A DNA stretch of 64,000 bases. It comes from Neophaeotheca triangularis (lineage: Eukaryota). The position numbers were made by a program, and so were the translations under genes. The DNA lies in assembly GCA_054600435.1 (NCBI GenBank), contig BAAIJX010000030.1:1-64000 (forward strand), given 5' to 3'. Position 1 is the stretch's first letter. Every line of letters begins with the position of its first letter. Shown here piece after piece: positions 1-12,102 of the stretch. Under the pieces are notes generated by a model. That model was not told where the DNA came from and made no database searches. It saw only the letters and a program-made list of their open reading frames with translations.

Positions 1-83
1 GGTGGTTTTGTTTCTTTTTTGTTTTGGTTTTTTGGGGGTGGTTGGGCTGGGGCTGGTTAATTTTAATTTTAGGGTGATTTCCA

Positions 84-118
<35 letters not shown>

Positions 119-522
119 AATAGCAGCCGAACTCATGGCCCTTTCCTCGAAGGCATCCGGCATTGTGCTATTGTGTGTTTCAGATCTAACATGACGCTAT
201 TCTCATGCCGCTGGGCTTTTTGCAGTCCTACAGGCTCTCGATCAACGCGCCGTACAGAGTCGCCTTATAGATAGGCCTTGCCTGTGCCCTTCTCCCATCT
301 CTTTCTCAGAAAGCACCAACCGCTCTGATCTGCCTCGCAATCTTGTAACGAGACCGACGAGTCTTCTTTGTCTTTTCCTTTTTCCTTGCGTCTAGTCTGC
401 TCTTAATCTTGCTCAGGAGCTGGTCTCCCAGTGCGCTACCGCTTTACTAGATTTCGTACAGACCTAAGGCCCACCGCCACCCTTGCTCTGGTAGCAACGC
501 TGAAAATTACACCTCGATAATC

Positions 523-2253
523 ATGGACGCTTGCCAGATGACACCACCTACAACCTTTGACATCGACACTTTCGATGACAGCTCATGCCCTTGGGGCAGC
601 GGTAGCAGCAATGCCACCTTCCTCACTCAAAATTGGTCACCAGAATCTTTTGCCACAGCTACCACTACTCCACCAAGGTCTCCTCCTAAGATCAGGGAGA
701 CTGGGCCCGTTCTTTTGCCTCGGGTCAGACAGCAGGATCAGCTCATGGAGCCTAGTTGCGCTCCGTTGGCAGGTCATAGCAGGAACGTCTCGCTTTCTAG
801 CAACGGTTGTCCAACCCAATTCGGTGGACATCTCCCAGTCCGACCTGGCGCTTTCAGACGATCCACAAGTCCCGCAGAGCGATTCTCTCTTGCTTCGCCA
901 GCTTCAATGGCATCACCGCACGATTCCACGTTCCTAGAACCGTCGAGTTCTCAAAGACCGTCACTAGCGCATGCTAGATCGAGCTCAGCTACCACGATAC
1001 CAACGCATTCTAGGAACGTCTCGTCTTCAAGCATTGATGCTTCGATACTCAGCCGCTTTGGATTCCCGACTTACAGACACACGCCAGCTTCCCAATCGAT
1101 GCCTGGCAGCGCGCCAATGTCTCGAACACCGAGCGCGATGAGCCATCTAGCGCCTATCGCCATGCCAGCCGCCCAAATGCAATCTTATCCGGCCCGCAGA
1201 CGCACCGCTAGTCCGCCTGCTACGACTTCGCGTATATCCGTCGAGCTCGACTACGACCCGACGTTGGACATGACCACGTCGACAATGCTCGACTATCTCA
1301 CTGCCCCCAACCCAGCTCCTTATGTCGTTCAGCGCACTGTCGAGAGCGGAAGAGGACAGAATCCCCATTTCTGGTTCGATGTGCGAAATCTTCGCAGCTG
1401 GTCCGATTTCACCGTCGATACAATCACTTCCATCCCCGGCCTCATGGCGCTACTACAGGTACCTGTACCCGCCAGACAGCTCCCAACCCCTGGCAAAGTA
1501 AACCTCAACCCAGAAACACCTCAACAATTGACCGACTTATGCGCCACCCACTACGGAGTCAAAATCAACGCAGTCCTAAAACACACCCAAGGCGACAAAC
1601 ACATCAGCATGCGCACTCTCAGCCGCAGCTCCGGACCGCGCCAAAGCCCGGAATTCATCTCCAACTACCAGTCCGACGTGGAGAAGACCGTGTACGGCGA
1701 CGGTGGCGGCCGCGTCGTCGGCATCACCAAATGCTACGACCAATGGAACTCGGGCATGCGCAACGACTCACCGGGCCAGAAGGTCAAATACCTGCAAGGC
1801 CTCGCGCACCTGCACCGCTACATGCGCGAGCACAGCTGCAGGTACGGCTTCATCATGACGGAAATCGAGCTCGTGTGCGTGCGGGCTGGCGGGCCGCCGT
1901 CGGAGAAGTCCCAGGTGCCGCTGTTCGGGTACGTGGAAGTGGCCACGGCGGTGCAAATGGCCACGCACGGCACCGACGACGGGGCGAACGGGGTGCAAAT
2001 GACTGCGGGGCTGGCGTTGTGGTACTTGCACATGCTGGCCAAGGAGCACCCGTTCCCCGGGCAGTATGGCTGGAAGATGGATGTCGGGGGCCCCGCGGCG
2101 TTGACGAGGAAGCACCATTTGGCGCGCGACGAGTGGATGCCTAGGCCGAATCAGTCGGAGAAGCGCGAGGCGAAGAGGGTGAGGGGGTGGATGTGGCCGG
2201 ACGAGGCTTTGTCGAAGAGGGAGTGTGGGAAGGGTAGGAGGACGAAGGTGTGA
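523..2253 (+). CDS. Conserved fungal hypothetical protein (576 aa): Ser/Pro-rich disordered N-half and a globular C-terminal domain, possibly PD-(D/E)XK-like
   Basis: Long intronless ORF with coding-type codon bias. The C-terminal block reads PEFISNY...RVVGITK...W...YMREHSCRYGFIMTEIELVCVR...LALWYLHMLA. Confidence 0.85.
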   Translation: MDACQMTPPTTFDIDTFDDSSCPWGSGSSNATFLTQNWSPESFATATTTPPRSPPKIRETGPVLLPRVRQQDQLMEPSCAPLAGHSRNVSLSSNGCPTQFGGHLPVRPGAFRRSTSPAERFSLASPASMASPHDSTFLEPSSSQRPSLAHARSSSATTIPTHSRNVSSSSIDASILSRFGFPTYRHTPASQSMPGSAPMSRTPSAMSHLAPIAMPAAQMQSYPARRRTASPPATTSRISVELDYDPTLDMTTSTMLDYLTAPNPAPYVVQRTVESGRGQNPHFWFDVRNLRSWSDFTVDTITSIPGLMALLQVPVPARQLPTPGKVNLNPETPQQLTDLCATHYGVKINAVLKHTQGDKHISMRTLSRSSGPRQSPEFISNYQSDVEKTVYGDGGGRVVGITKCYDQWNSGMRNDSPGQKVKYLQGLAHLHRYMREHSCRYGFIMTEIELVCVRAGGPPSEKSQVPLFGYVEVATAVQMATHGTDDGANGVQMTAGLALWYLHMLAKEHPFPGQYGWKMDVGGPAALTRKHHLARDEWMPRPNQSEKREAKRVRGWMWPDEALSKRECGKGRRTKV

Positions 2254-2575
2254 GGGAGCGGAGAGTGTTTGGTGTTGTTCATGGCACGCAGCTGGGCTGG
2301 ATGTGCGACGAGAGCGATATAGCATTGCCGGTGTTGGGAGCAGGTCGAAGCAATTTACTTGGTGGAGTGTTTTGCAACCGGGGTGGTGGCTTTTGCGACC
2401 GCCCGCATTTTGAAAAAGGCGTTCTATACCCACCCATTATCGCACTTGAACAATCTTGAAGACTTGGAAGATTTTATTCACACAAGTCACTGTTGTTTGA
2501 TGATGATGATGTGTGCATGCTACAAGAGAGCGCTTACACTGCTACACGCTCCGTCGACAATAAATGCATGTATGA

Positions 2576-2597
2576 ATGCATGCATGCATGCATGCAT
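2576..2597. repeat. (ATGC)n self-complementary microsatellite
   Basis: atgcatgcatgcatgcatgcat read directly downstream of the first gene. Confidence 0.85.
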
Positions 2598-3296
2598 CGG
2601 GTGATTGACAAAAGTAACAAAGTATATATACACACCGGGAGGCGGGAGGGTGGAGACATCTGGACATGTTTTGGGCACTTGACTTGACTTCACCTCATCT
2701 CATACTTACCACACCCATCCTATGCCAGTTGTCTTGTTTTGTTCATTTTCACAATTTTTATTTTTATTTTTTATTTTATAGATTATGCACACGATGAAAC
2801 TTGAGGGCATTGGCGATGATGGATCTACACTTTCGCTCTCGGGCTTGGGGAACGCGAGGCAGTCCGAGCCGTGTTCCTTGATTGATGACGACGGGGAAGG
2901 CGCAGCAACGTGTAGGTAAGGTAGGTACTACTAAGTTATGTGGGTGGTAATAAGTGACTATCACTGAAAAACGTCCAGGTCGATTCCGGGCCTAGAGTGT
3001 CTGTTGAAAGTCCCCCTCTTATTATCATCATTATTGTTATTATTGTTATTATCGAGTTTACTTTACAGGTAGATTGTCACATGCTTTGCTTTTCATTTCA
3101 TTCAAACTAAATTCCATACACACATCCACCTCCTCCCGTCTCTCCCTTTGTGGATTATTACCCAAAATCCCTACTGTACTCTCCCTAGTCCTCGCCATCA
3201 CGCATGGATTGGTCCTTGTCGACTTTCAAACCCCACTGACTACTGATAATAATAATATAGCCAGTCAGTCACCTTGTTTGTATCAGGACTTGCAAC

Positions 3297-4576
3297 ATGG
3301 CCACAATGCATGGCGATGCAGCTTCCTCTGACAAGGCCTTGGATGGCAATTTCGAGGCCACGCAGAAGACGAGAAGAAACTCCCTGCCTGTACGGTTGAG
3401 TGTCGGGTGGGAGATGGTGCGCTGGCTGTCTGTCCTAGTTTACTTTCTCAATGCCGCCATCAGGTAAGCAGTCTCGTCTATACCTTGTGTCCTGCCACGG
3501 TGATGAGTAAAATATTCAATACGAACATTACATGCTAATCATCCTGCAGCATTCATATCGGACAAATCATCTGCCTTGTCCTCTACCCTTTTAGCAAAAC
3601 TGCCTTCAACAACTATGTCGCCTTCACCAAACAAGCCGCCGGACTTCTCATCATCAGCCTGACCGACTGGTGGTGTCCTACTACCCTCCGACTCACCGGC
3701 GACTCCTCCGTCAGCCACCAACTACACCAACGCAACGGCCGAATCGAATGCACCTTTGACAAACGAGCCGTTCTCGTCTCCAACCACCAAATCTACACCG
3801 ACTGGTCCTACCTCTGGTTCACAGCCTACATGTCCAACGTAACGGGTCACATCTACATCATGCTCAAAGACAGCCTGAAATGGATCCCCGTCCTCGGCCC
3901 CGGTCTGCAACTCTTTGGCTTCATCTTCATGTCTCGCAAATGGGCCAACGACGAAGCCATCATGCAGCGCCAGCTCGACAAACTCAACACTTCGGCAGAC
4001 TCCACCAACCCGCAAGCTCCCCTCGACCCCGCCTGGCTCCTCGTCTTCCCCGAAGGCACCAACCTCTCCGCCAACCAACGCCGCTTAAGCGCCGCCTACG
4101 CCGCCAAATCCGGCCAGCAGGACATGCTCCACACGGTACTCCCCCGCAGCACGGGACTCCGGCTCTGCCTCATGGGCCTCGCTCACACGGTCGAGTACAT
4201 GTACGATTGCACCATCGGCTACGAAGCCATCGGGCACGGCGAGTACGCGGCCGAGACATACACGCTGCGGAGCACGTACTTCCAAGGACGCAACCCGGCG
4301 AGCGTCAGCATGCATTGGCGCCGTTTCCGCATCGCCGACATGCCGCTGCACGACGCCGACGACTTTCACCAGTGGCTGTTGCGGAGGTGGCGGGAGAAGG
4401 ACGAGTTGCTCGAGGCCTTTATGGATACCGGCCGCTTCACCGCAAACGAAGGCGATTGTGTCGAGCAGAGAATGGGCGTGGTTTCGCAGTTTGAGTATCT
4501 GAAAGTCTGGATGCCTTGTGCGCTGGCTTTGGCGCTGCTGGCGGGGCTGTGGGCGCTGCTTTCGCTGTTGTTCTAA
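3297..4576 (+). CDS. PlsC-family lysophospholipid acyltransferase (Cst26/LCLAT1-like), 397 aa; exons 3297-3463 and 3550-4576
   Basis: Motifs SNHQIYTDW (HX4D), LKDSLKWIP, FIFMSRKW, FPEGT, LPRSTG and a C-terminal TM helix. The intron GTAAGC...GCTAAT...CTGCAG at 3464-3549 restores the frame. Confidence 0.9.
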
Positions 4577-6569
4577 TGAGCCTTTTTACTGAGAAAGGAA
4601 AACTTGGACCTATTGCATGGATGGCGGGGTTTGGAGAGAAAGCACTGGACTCTTGCGTGCAGGTCATGCGAAGATGGGACAGCGCCAGCTCGCCCTCCGG
4701 CTATGTAAGTATCTAACTACCTTACTACAACTTCCCCAAACATCTCCCTCGCCGTGACCCGCGTCGTCGCCCACAGCGCCTGGAAGACCCCCCTTTGGAT
4801 CCTGGACATCGCGCTCCTCTAACCGCAAACCCAAAGCATGTGGACGTCTACACCGTGTCGCCTACTCAAAACACTCAATGCCTTGTCAGACTTGTACCAA
4901 TTACCCAATCTCGCCGGGGGACGTTGATCGCGGAGCGAGGGGCGTGGAGGTAGATTAAATACATTTTGGAACACTTGAATCTCATTTCCTCTATCGACAG
5001 GTCGTTGCAACGCAGCTTGGAAGCACACAAGTGCACTTCTGGGCCGAAGTCGCGAGATCGGGATACGGATACGGTGCTGCGGATCGACTGGCGAAACGAA
5101 CAAGGCCGACGGGAAACGTGGTAACCCCACAAACTGGAAAGCGGGCCGACCGAGGTCTCAACTTACGACCTTGCTGTCTTGTGGTCTTTTGTGTACGAGC
5201 GATTGACGTGGGTGCTTATGAAGTCGTGAGACGGTGCAAGCAAGCAAAGAGAGTCAGAGGATTTGGGGTATGCGAGGCATTATCGTGTGCTATTGGAAAG
5301 ATTGCTTTGAGGGATTGGTTGAGTAAGATGGTGAGAGGGTTGTTTGGAAGATAGTGATGAAATGTTTTAAAGTGTCACCGCGAGGAAGCAATATAAGAAC
5401 AGCATGGCTGGTAGAGCAAGAAGAAATCTGGCCCCAGCACTAGATGGGTGGGAATGACTACTCCTCGCCCTGTAAAGGTCTTGAAAGCCGCCAAAAGCCT
5501 TGGCTACCGACTTATATCCACCATCAACCGTACGCTCGCCATCGACCTCCATGAACGAAGTGGCAGGACCCGTGATGATGCCTCGAGATTGTTGCCACAC
5601 GTGGCCATACAGTAGCCGGCAAACAGTAGAGCTTGTTCGAGCGCATGCCGGAACTTTTGATGGACCATATTCCAATGTCAATACCGCTACCAGTCGCTGG
5701 TGTTTTTTGGCGGCGATCTGCGTTAGGCACACCGCGAGGCGATCAGCTGGCGCAAACTGCCAAGAGGTGGTTGTCTGCTTCATATGCTTGCCTTTGTGGG
5801 TATCCGGTGGCATGAAAAAGCGAGATGATGCTTGATCGCCTCTAGGGAATGAGGCGAGCGGTAGCGGGCAGTGTTCCTAACTGAGACGCCCGATCGCATC
5901 TTGCACGTGAGCGCTGATGGCGGTTCCAAAGGCATCAGAGTATCGGCGTGCATCTTCTTTTCGTGGCTCAGGTATCCCGAGATGGGTACTGCCTACTTGA
6001 TTGCTGAAGACTTGAGTGCTCAAGGACGCTCACACAGAGCTCGGTTGGTGGCTCCAGGTAGAGCGGGCAGGTGACGCTCATGTGCCTCTTCTTCTACCAT
6101 ATCCAAGCTCTAAGGCTACACCACGTCCGCTCTTGGCCAGGGCTACACAGTATCACCACACTGTTAGCCGTTACTACCCGCGGAATGAAGAACATGTCAT
6201 GAGAGTATCAGACGCAAGGCAGCGCGAGCCCAGGTATATCGAAGAAGGCATGAGGTGTACAGTACGGAGATGTCGAAGACCCGAAACCCCGATCATCCGC
6301 GCCGTGCCGTTCGGATCTGGGCTACATGAGCTTCCGGCAACGACACCAAAAGCTTCACTCTTGCTTCGCTCTACACAAGCACCGTCAAGAAACACCTCAT
6401 AGCGCCCCTGACATCACTTGGCGGACGTCGGCCATGTTCTGTACCGTCAGAAAAAGCCTACGGGCAAAGCCATAAGTTAAGTCTAAAGTGAGGTTTCGAG
6501 GTAGGCTCTCCTCTTCAGATTGCAACCCCATGTTGTGTATACACTCGCACGAATAATACAACCGACACC

Positions 6570-7823
6570 ATGACACAAATCGGAAGCACTTCATCCACGT
6601 CACTCACCGTCCTCATCGTCGGAGCAGGTATCGGTGGACTTTGCGCAGCCATAGGACTTCGCCAGCAAGGTCATCACGTAACGGTTGTGGAGCGCAGCAA
6701 ACTGGCAGAAGAGGTTGGAGCCGCCATCCACATCGCACCCAACTGCAATAGCATCCTCCACCGTTTGGGTCTCGAACCCCACGATCACGGCGGTGTCCAG
6801 TTGCGTGGAATGACTGGGTTCCTTGCCGATGGCAGTGTCTCTTTTTCCAAAGATTTTTCATCTCTGAGCAAGAAATGGAAGTACTCTTGGGACCTCATCC
6901 ATCGAGCGCATCTCCATACGGCGCTGAAGAAACTTGCCGAATCATCTGATGGAGACGGGCCGCCTGTTCAGCTCATTCTTGGATGCGGCGCAGAGAGCGT
7001 TGACCCTCAAGCGGCAGCGGTGCGGCTCCAAGACGGCCGAGAACTGGAAGGAGACGTGGTGATAGGTGCCGACGGCGTTGGCTCCGTCAGCCGCAAAGCG
7101 ATCCCAGGTGGGGACCTTACGCCTTTCGACAGTGGCCGCTCTGCCTTCCGCTTCCTGGTACCCACGCAAGACCTTCTCGACAACGAACGAACCCGCCACT
7201 ATTTCCAGGAAGAAGGCCACATGGTGACTTGGATCAGCTCAGAGAACAAGCGCATTGTAGCCTACCCCTGCGAGAGCGGTGCTACTATGAATTTCGCCGC
7301 CATGTTTCCCTCCGAGGACTCGCCACGTGAGAGGGGCGGAGACCTGTGGCAGCAGACTGCCAACAAGGACAAGATGCTGGAAATTTTCAAGTCGTTTGGT
7401 GAAGACGTTGCCTCGATCCTGGACATGGCTGACGAGCCCAAAGTCTGGACTCTGCTGGACATGCAGCAAATGCCCAACTATGCGTACAAGCGCTTCGCCG
7501 TCCTTGGCGACGCTGCGCACCCCTTCCTTCCATATCAGGGACAAGGCGGTGCTCAAGCTATCGAGGATGCCGCGTCCCTTGCCGTTATGCTTGCGGCTGG
7601 GACCTCCGTTGCGGAGATTCCGGACACGCTGAAGTTGTACGAGAAGGAGAGATATGAACGGAGCTCTCGGATCCAAGCCATGACGCGGCAGTCCGGGGAT
7701 GATACCAAGGGCGGCGACAATATCGACATGGAAGGATTCATCCACTATAATGTCGAGCATGATGAGCATGATGCTTCTGTTGCTGTTTTGCGGGAGCATG
7801 GCCAAGAGGTGCAGGTTGCTTAG
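6570..7823 (+). CDS. FAD-dependent monooxygenase (salicylate hydroxylase-like, group A flavoprotein), 417 aa
   Basis: GAGIGG Rossmann motif, DG motif (VIGADGVGS) and GD motif (LGDAAHPFLPYQGQGGAQAIEDA). Confidence 0.92.
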   Translation: MTQIGSTSSTSLTVLIVGAGIGGLCAAIGLRQQGHHVTVVERSKLAEEVGAAIHIAPNCNSILHRLGLEPHDHGGVQLRGMTGFLADGSVSFSKDFSSLSKKWKYSWDLIHRAHLHTALKKLAESSDGDGPPVQLILGCGAESVDPQAAAVRLQDGRELEGDVVIGADGVGSVSRKAIPGGDLTPFDSGRSAFRFLVPTQDLLDNERTRHYFQEEGHMVTWISSENKRIVAYPCESGATMNFAAMFPSEDSPRERGGDLWQQTANKDKMLEIFKSFGEDVASILDMADEPKVWTLLDMQQMPNYAYKRFAVLGDAAHPFLPYQGQGGAQAIEDAASLAVMLAAGTSVAEIPDTLKLYEKERYERSSRIQAMTRQSGDDTKGGDNIDMEGFIHYNVEHDEHDASVAVLREHGQEVQVA

Positions 7824-8514
7824 AGAGATCATGTAGGAAGAGCAAACTCGAATATATCCAAATAATCTGGAAGACGTCTTCACCTGCACACCGAGTCAAG
7901 TCTCGGCTGGAGGGACGCAACAGCTTCTGTGTGAATAAGTGCCTGGCTTCTTTTCCCACGCGCCCGCTACAAGTGAAGTGCAATTGGCCTCGGCCCCTTG
8001 AGGCCGCCGAGAAACTCTGGAGAGCCCCCTTTTCTACGCGCGTGCGGCTGTCCTCGGCGAGAAAATACAATGGAGGAGGTAGTCTTGGCCAGGGTTCAAT
8101 CGAATTCCTTTGCGGCTTCGGCGCTCGTTTCGACTGGAATGACCAGGAAAACCCACGGAAATGGTTACGTTAATCGTGTGCTGCGCACGACGTGAACATT
8201 ACCCCAGGCACATGGTGTACAAAGAAGGTCGCGACAAGGTGTCACGGCAAGTAGTAACCTTGGAAGCTATAGACAACAGTAGAAAGGGTAATCGTTCGTG
8301 CATTCCATGAGCGTAGCGTAAAAGTAGTCGGTCGTTCCATATTTCGTCACTCCATATCTCTCCACTCAACATCGCTTCATAAGACATCTCTCGTCACGGC
8401 GACCGAAGCCCTCGCACAAAAGACACTCTCACACGCAAGTCCTTCCACAATAAGACAGGCTCCCACAAGCGACTCGACCCAACCTCACTCAGCCCTTTCC
8501 ACCTCCCCCTCCCT

Positions 8515-9500
8515 TTAACCATCCAACCCCGACCGATCAAAAACCCCCTTCCTAACCCTCCCCTTAGTCTCCCCATCCACGAAAACAGCTCCCATGCACC
8601 AAACCCGACTAAGCGCGACCCTAAGCGCCACGCTCTCAGCCCTGCCCTCATCCTCAATCCCGCCGATTTTGGCCAAAAATCTCAACAACAAATCCCCCAG
8701 CGTCACGCCATCGTGATTGACGACTTCGACCCGCACTTCCTTCTTCTCCGGCCGGGGTGCGTTCTTCGCCGGGCGCGAGGGGTAGTAAGCCAGATACGCG
8801 ATTGCGTGGCGCACGGCGGGCTGGGTCAGGTACATGGAGTAGACCATGCTGCCTTTGCCGAGGTGGAGGCGGTGGCGTGGGAAGATTTGCCGGAAGCGGC
8901 CCATGTCCGGGCGAGCGAGGAAGCGAGTGTCGAAGACGTAGGCGAGGCCGCTGAGGTCCGGGTTGGAGGGCGTGAGGAGGTGGTCGCGGGCGGGGAGGTG
9001 TTTGAAGATCAAGGGGTTCAGGATTGAGGGGCAGAGGGTTACGGTGCGGGAGAGGTGTTCGGGGCTGATTTTTGCGGCGTCGGTCGGTTTTTCCACGCGG
9101 AGGCTTTGGCGGTCCGGCTCGTAGGTCCAGCACTCGTTGGGGCCGGCCGTGAGGTCGCCGTTGCCGGCTTGGAGGAATAGTTTGCGGCGGAGGCTTGGGG
9201 ACTTGTTGATGGCCAGGTCGCGCCATTGTTTGTTGACCAAGATGCACTTGACGAGGTCCGCGGTGTCGACGTTTACGAGGATCAATTCCAGAAGCTCGAC
9301 AGTCTTGAAGACAGCGTCGCGAGTAGCTGCCTTGACTTTTCCGCGCGAGACCATGGCATGGGAATTTCCTCCAAGGCGGATGCGCTGTTGAGTATTAGCC
9401 AAGTCAACTTCTCAAGAGGTTTGTGGTTCGCTGCACTTACTTTTTGCTCCCGGCCAGCGAGCACACCTCCTGAGCGCTTGTAACCTATGGGGTTACGCAT
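8515..9500 (-). CDS. F-box-like protein (~309 aa); exons 9500-9441 and 9384-8515; start uncertain
   Basis: VFKTVELLELILVNVDTADLVKCILVNKQWRDLAINKSPSLRRKLFL matches the fungal F-box pattern. A minus-strand intron GTAAGT...GCTAAT...CAACAG at 9440-9385 joins an in-frame ATG at 9500. Confidence 0.75.
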
Positions 9501-10503
9501 GATGTCGACCTGCCTCAATAGTATTGAATACAATACACAATAGAACAATAGTTTCGGGAAGAGGAAGCTCCCGACAATAGGAACGCCTTTTTGTCGGCCT
9601 CCTCAGGTGAGGTTTGGGCCCTCGCTAGCGCCATCTTGAATGCGTAGGCGAGGTGAATTTCGGCCTCGTAGCATTGGGGCTGGGTGGACTTGAGTGATGG
9701 GATTTGGTATGCGGTATAGCTGGGGAAGAGCTTCACTCGCAGCGGCTACTGCTCCTTACTAGAGGTAGGTGAGAATGACTCGTAGGCTGGAACAAGCGGG
9801 TCCTTGCTGCCTAGATGGCCTCGAAGTCCAAGTGATTTTTCCCCACGAGGGCCGCGAGGTGGAAGGGCCTTCACTCGGTACAAATGCCATTACTTAGGAG
9901 ATAGAGATGAGGTTTCGTGACTGCCGGTCTTGCGCCTGGGTAGTGGACGGTAGAGAGGGTCTCTGGTGCCTGGGTGAGAACGGAGCAACTTTACCCATTA
10001 CCGCACATGGGTCAGAAAGCCATTGGCGGATGGCAGTCAGTTTTGAGGCGAAGAGCGATTGTCATGTGCGTTTAAAAACGTATGCAGCCGAGCAGGTATG
10101 TCTCGTACGAGCGTGAGCTTCCCTCTTAACATGGATATTTGCTGAAATCCAAGGGAACGTGAAGCCCGAAAGCCGCTCACCACGGCAATGGTCGATACTG
10201 ATCGCGAGCCCGCGGCTACTCAGTCGAATGCTGAAAGATCTGTCAGCATGTCGTTGGCCGGCGAGTGAAGGGACAGTCGATTGAGCCGGGGAGATAGAAG
10301 GGGCCTGTTTTCGAAGAGTAGAATATGACTATCTACCAAAGCGATTAACTACTGGGGACACTGCAGTGCCCTGCTCGGCCTGTGTACCTAATCATGCAGT
10401 CGTGTAATCTTTCGTAATATCGTGAGACCGAACCATTGCCTCCTGGCTCCCTCCTGCCCCTGTATCTGAAACCCAGACTTTTCGTCTGCGCACGAGCAAG
10501 CCT

Positions 10504-12102
10504 TCACTCCTCCCCCATGCCCTTGATCCCCAAACCAACTGACCCATTCCCCCTCCTCGCCTTCTTGGACGGACTACCATTCTCATCCACAGCGCTGCTT
10601 ACCGCTCCAATCTTCCTTACCGAACCAAAAAGCGTTCCCTGCCTCAACGACCCTTTTGAGGAAGTCGAGGCCGAGATGCCAGCTGCTGCGGAAGGCGAGT
10701 CCCTGGTAAAGCTTCCTCTGTTCTGGCCATCGCTGGCAAGCAATCTACTCGCGGCTTGGCTGGCGCGACTGGCGTCGACGGCGATGGTGTCGGGTTCGAG
10801 GATGTCTGTTTCAGCTTCGCTGTCGTCGTTGTCATTGTCCTCATCCTCGGCGCAGTCGGGTTCCGAGACTGTGCCGTCGTCTGAGGTGGGTGCCGGAGGG
10901 GCTCGAGGGTGTTTGCGAGGATTGGTGGTTGGAGTGTTGACGGGAAGGGTGGGTTCGGCGTAGATGTTGTCAGGGGTGCGGAGGGCGGAGGTGCGCGGGA
11001 GGGGGGCGGTGAATGGGAAGATGGGCTTGGTTTGGCGGTGGGAAGGGGTTTGGTAGATGACGGAGGGCTTTTGTGTCTTGCTTGAGCGTTGAGGGGTAGA
11101 AGGCAGGGAGGAGAGGGAGTGCGTGTTGCGGTTGTGGCCGCGTTTGCTAGCGTTGGGTCGGCTGCTGGCCTCTTGGCTGACCATCTCCGAGGCCTGCAGT
11201 AGGGCTTCAAAGGGCTGACCTTGATGGGTTTGGGCGTAAGGTTTGCGAGGTGTGCTATAGACGGAGCGTGGTGTGGCTTCTATGGTGTTGGCGCGACGGT
11301 AACGATTGACATGCTCGCGGTTCTCGCGAATGCGGTCACGCAGCATGACGACAGTGTCTTCTAGTCTTGCAATCTGACTGTCCTGTGCACCGAGCAGGTT
11401 TTCGTGATGAGCGACGTCTTTTTTGAGGGAGGATGAAGTGTCTGTGAGGTGTTGGATTTGGTGGATCAAGCTTTGATAATGTTCCTTTGCGACAGAGATG
11501 GTGCCTGGTTCAGGCGTTGGTACTTGAGCATTGGTCGCAGCAGCCCTCGCTTGTTCGGCGTGATGGATGATATCCGTCTCACTTTGCGCCATCTGAGCTT
11601 CTACAGCCATGCGCTCAATGGCGGCGGCACTCTCTTGCGACAGCATGTTGTATTGCAGTTTGTAATGCGCCGCCGACATGTTGGCTTCCTGACATGCAGT
11701 TTGCAGATCCGCGACAACCATGCGCAACTCTTCTGCTGGTGCGCTTGCGATCTGCTCGGTGGTCATACCGCCGATGCGCACTTTTGGAGTACGACACTGC
11801 GACAATGCTTCGTTGGTGGGCGGCGGAGTGGATATGTGCGAGACGGGCGGCGTTGGTGTGCGCATCTTGGACTGACTAGAGACGGGGACCTGAGTCGACG
11901 GTGGGGGGGTCATGTTGGTTGCGCGCTGCGATTGCGACTGCGATGATTGCGACGAGGGTTTGTTGGTCGCGCCGGTCGCATCGGTGGTGGCCTGATGGTC
12001 GTGTAGTGACGCTGGGGCCATTCGCGGAGTGGTGAATGCGGGCGCGTCGGGTGGTGGTGGAGGAGGATCGAAGGCGGCGATGGAATCTTGAGAAGGATCC
12101 AT
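10504..12102 (-). CDS. Conserved fungal hypothetical protein (532 aa) with a central coiled coil and a putative C-terminal NLS
   Basis: Long ORF with TPPPS motifs, a heptad-rich segment (AHYKLQYNML...LRDRIRENREH), an acidic patch and PSKKARR. Confidence 0.8.
   Translation of the reverse strand: MDPSQDSIAAFDPPPPPPDAPAFTTPRMAPASLHDHQATTDATGATNKPSSQSSQSQSQRATNMTPPPSTQVPVSSQSKMRTPTPPVSHISTPPPTNEALSQCRTPKVRIGGMTTEQIASAPAEELRMVVADLQTACQEANMSAAHYKLQYNMLSQESAAAIERMAVEAQMAQSETDIIHHAEQARAAATNAQVPTPEPGTISVAKEHYQSLIHQIQHLTDTSSSLKKDVAHHENLLGAQDSQIARLEDTVVMLRDRIRENREHVNRYRRANTIEATPRSVYSTPRKPYAQTHQGQPFEALLQASEMVSQEASSRPNASKRGHNRNTHSLSSLPSTPQRSSKTQKPSVIYQTPSHRQTKPIFPFTAPLPRTSALRTPDNIYAEPTLPVNTPTTNPRKHPRAPPAPTSDDGTVSEPDCAEDEDNDNDDSEAETDILEPDTIAVDASRASQAASRLLASDGQNRGSFTRDSPSAAAGISASTSSKGSLRQGTLFGSVRKIGAVSSAVDENGSPSKKARRGNGSVGLGIKGMGEE

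Noticed and set aside
1..120. G/T-rich start with C20 and A12 homopolymers, superficially telomere-like
   Set aside because: No tandem TTAGGG array; most likely low-quality contig-end sequence or simple repeats.
3006..3015. GAAAGTCCCC, resembling RNase MRP CR-I
   Set aside because: No matching CR-V (GGGGCT) downstream; the context is an AT-rich promoter.
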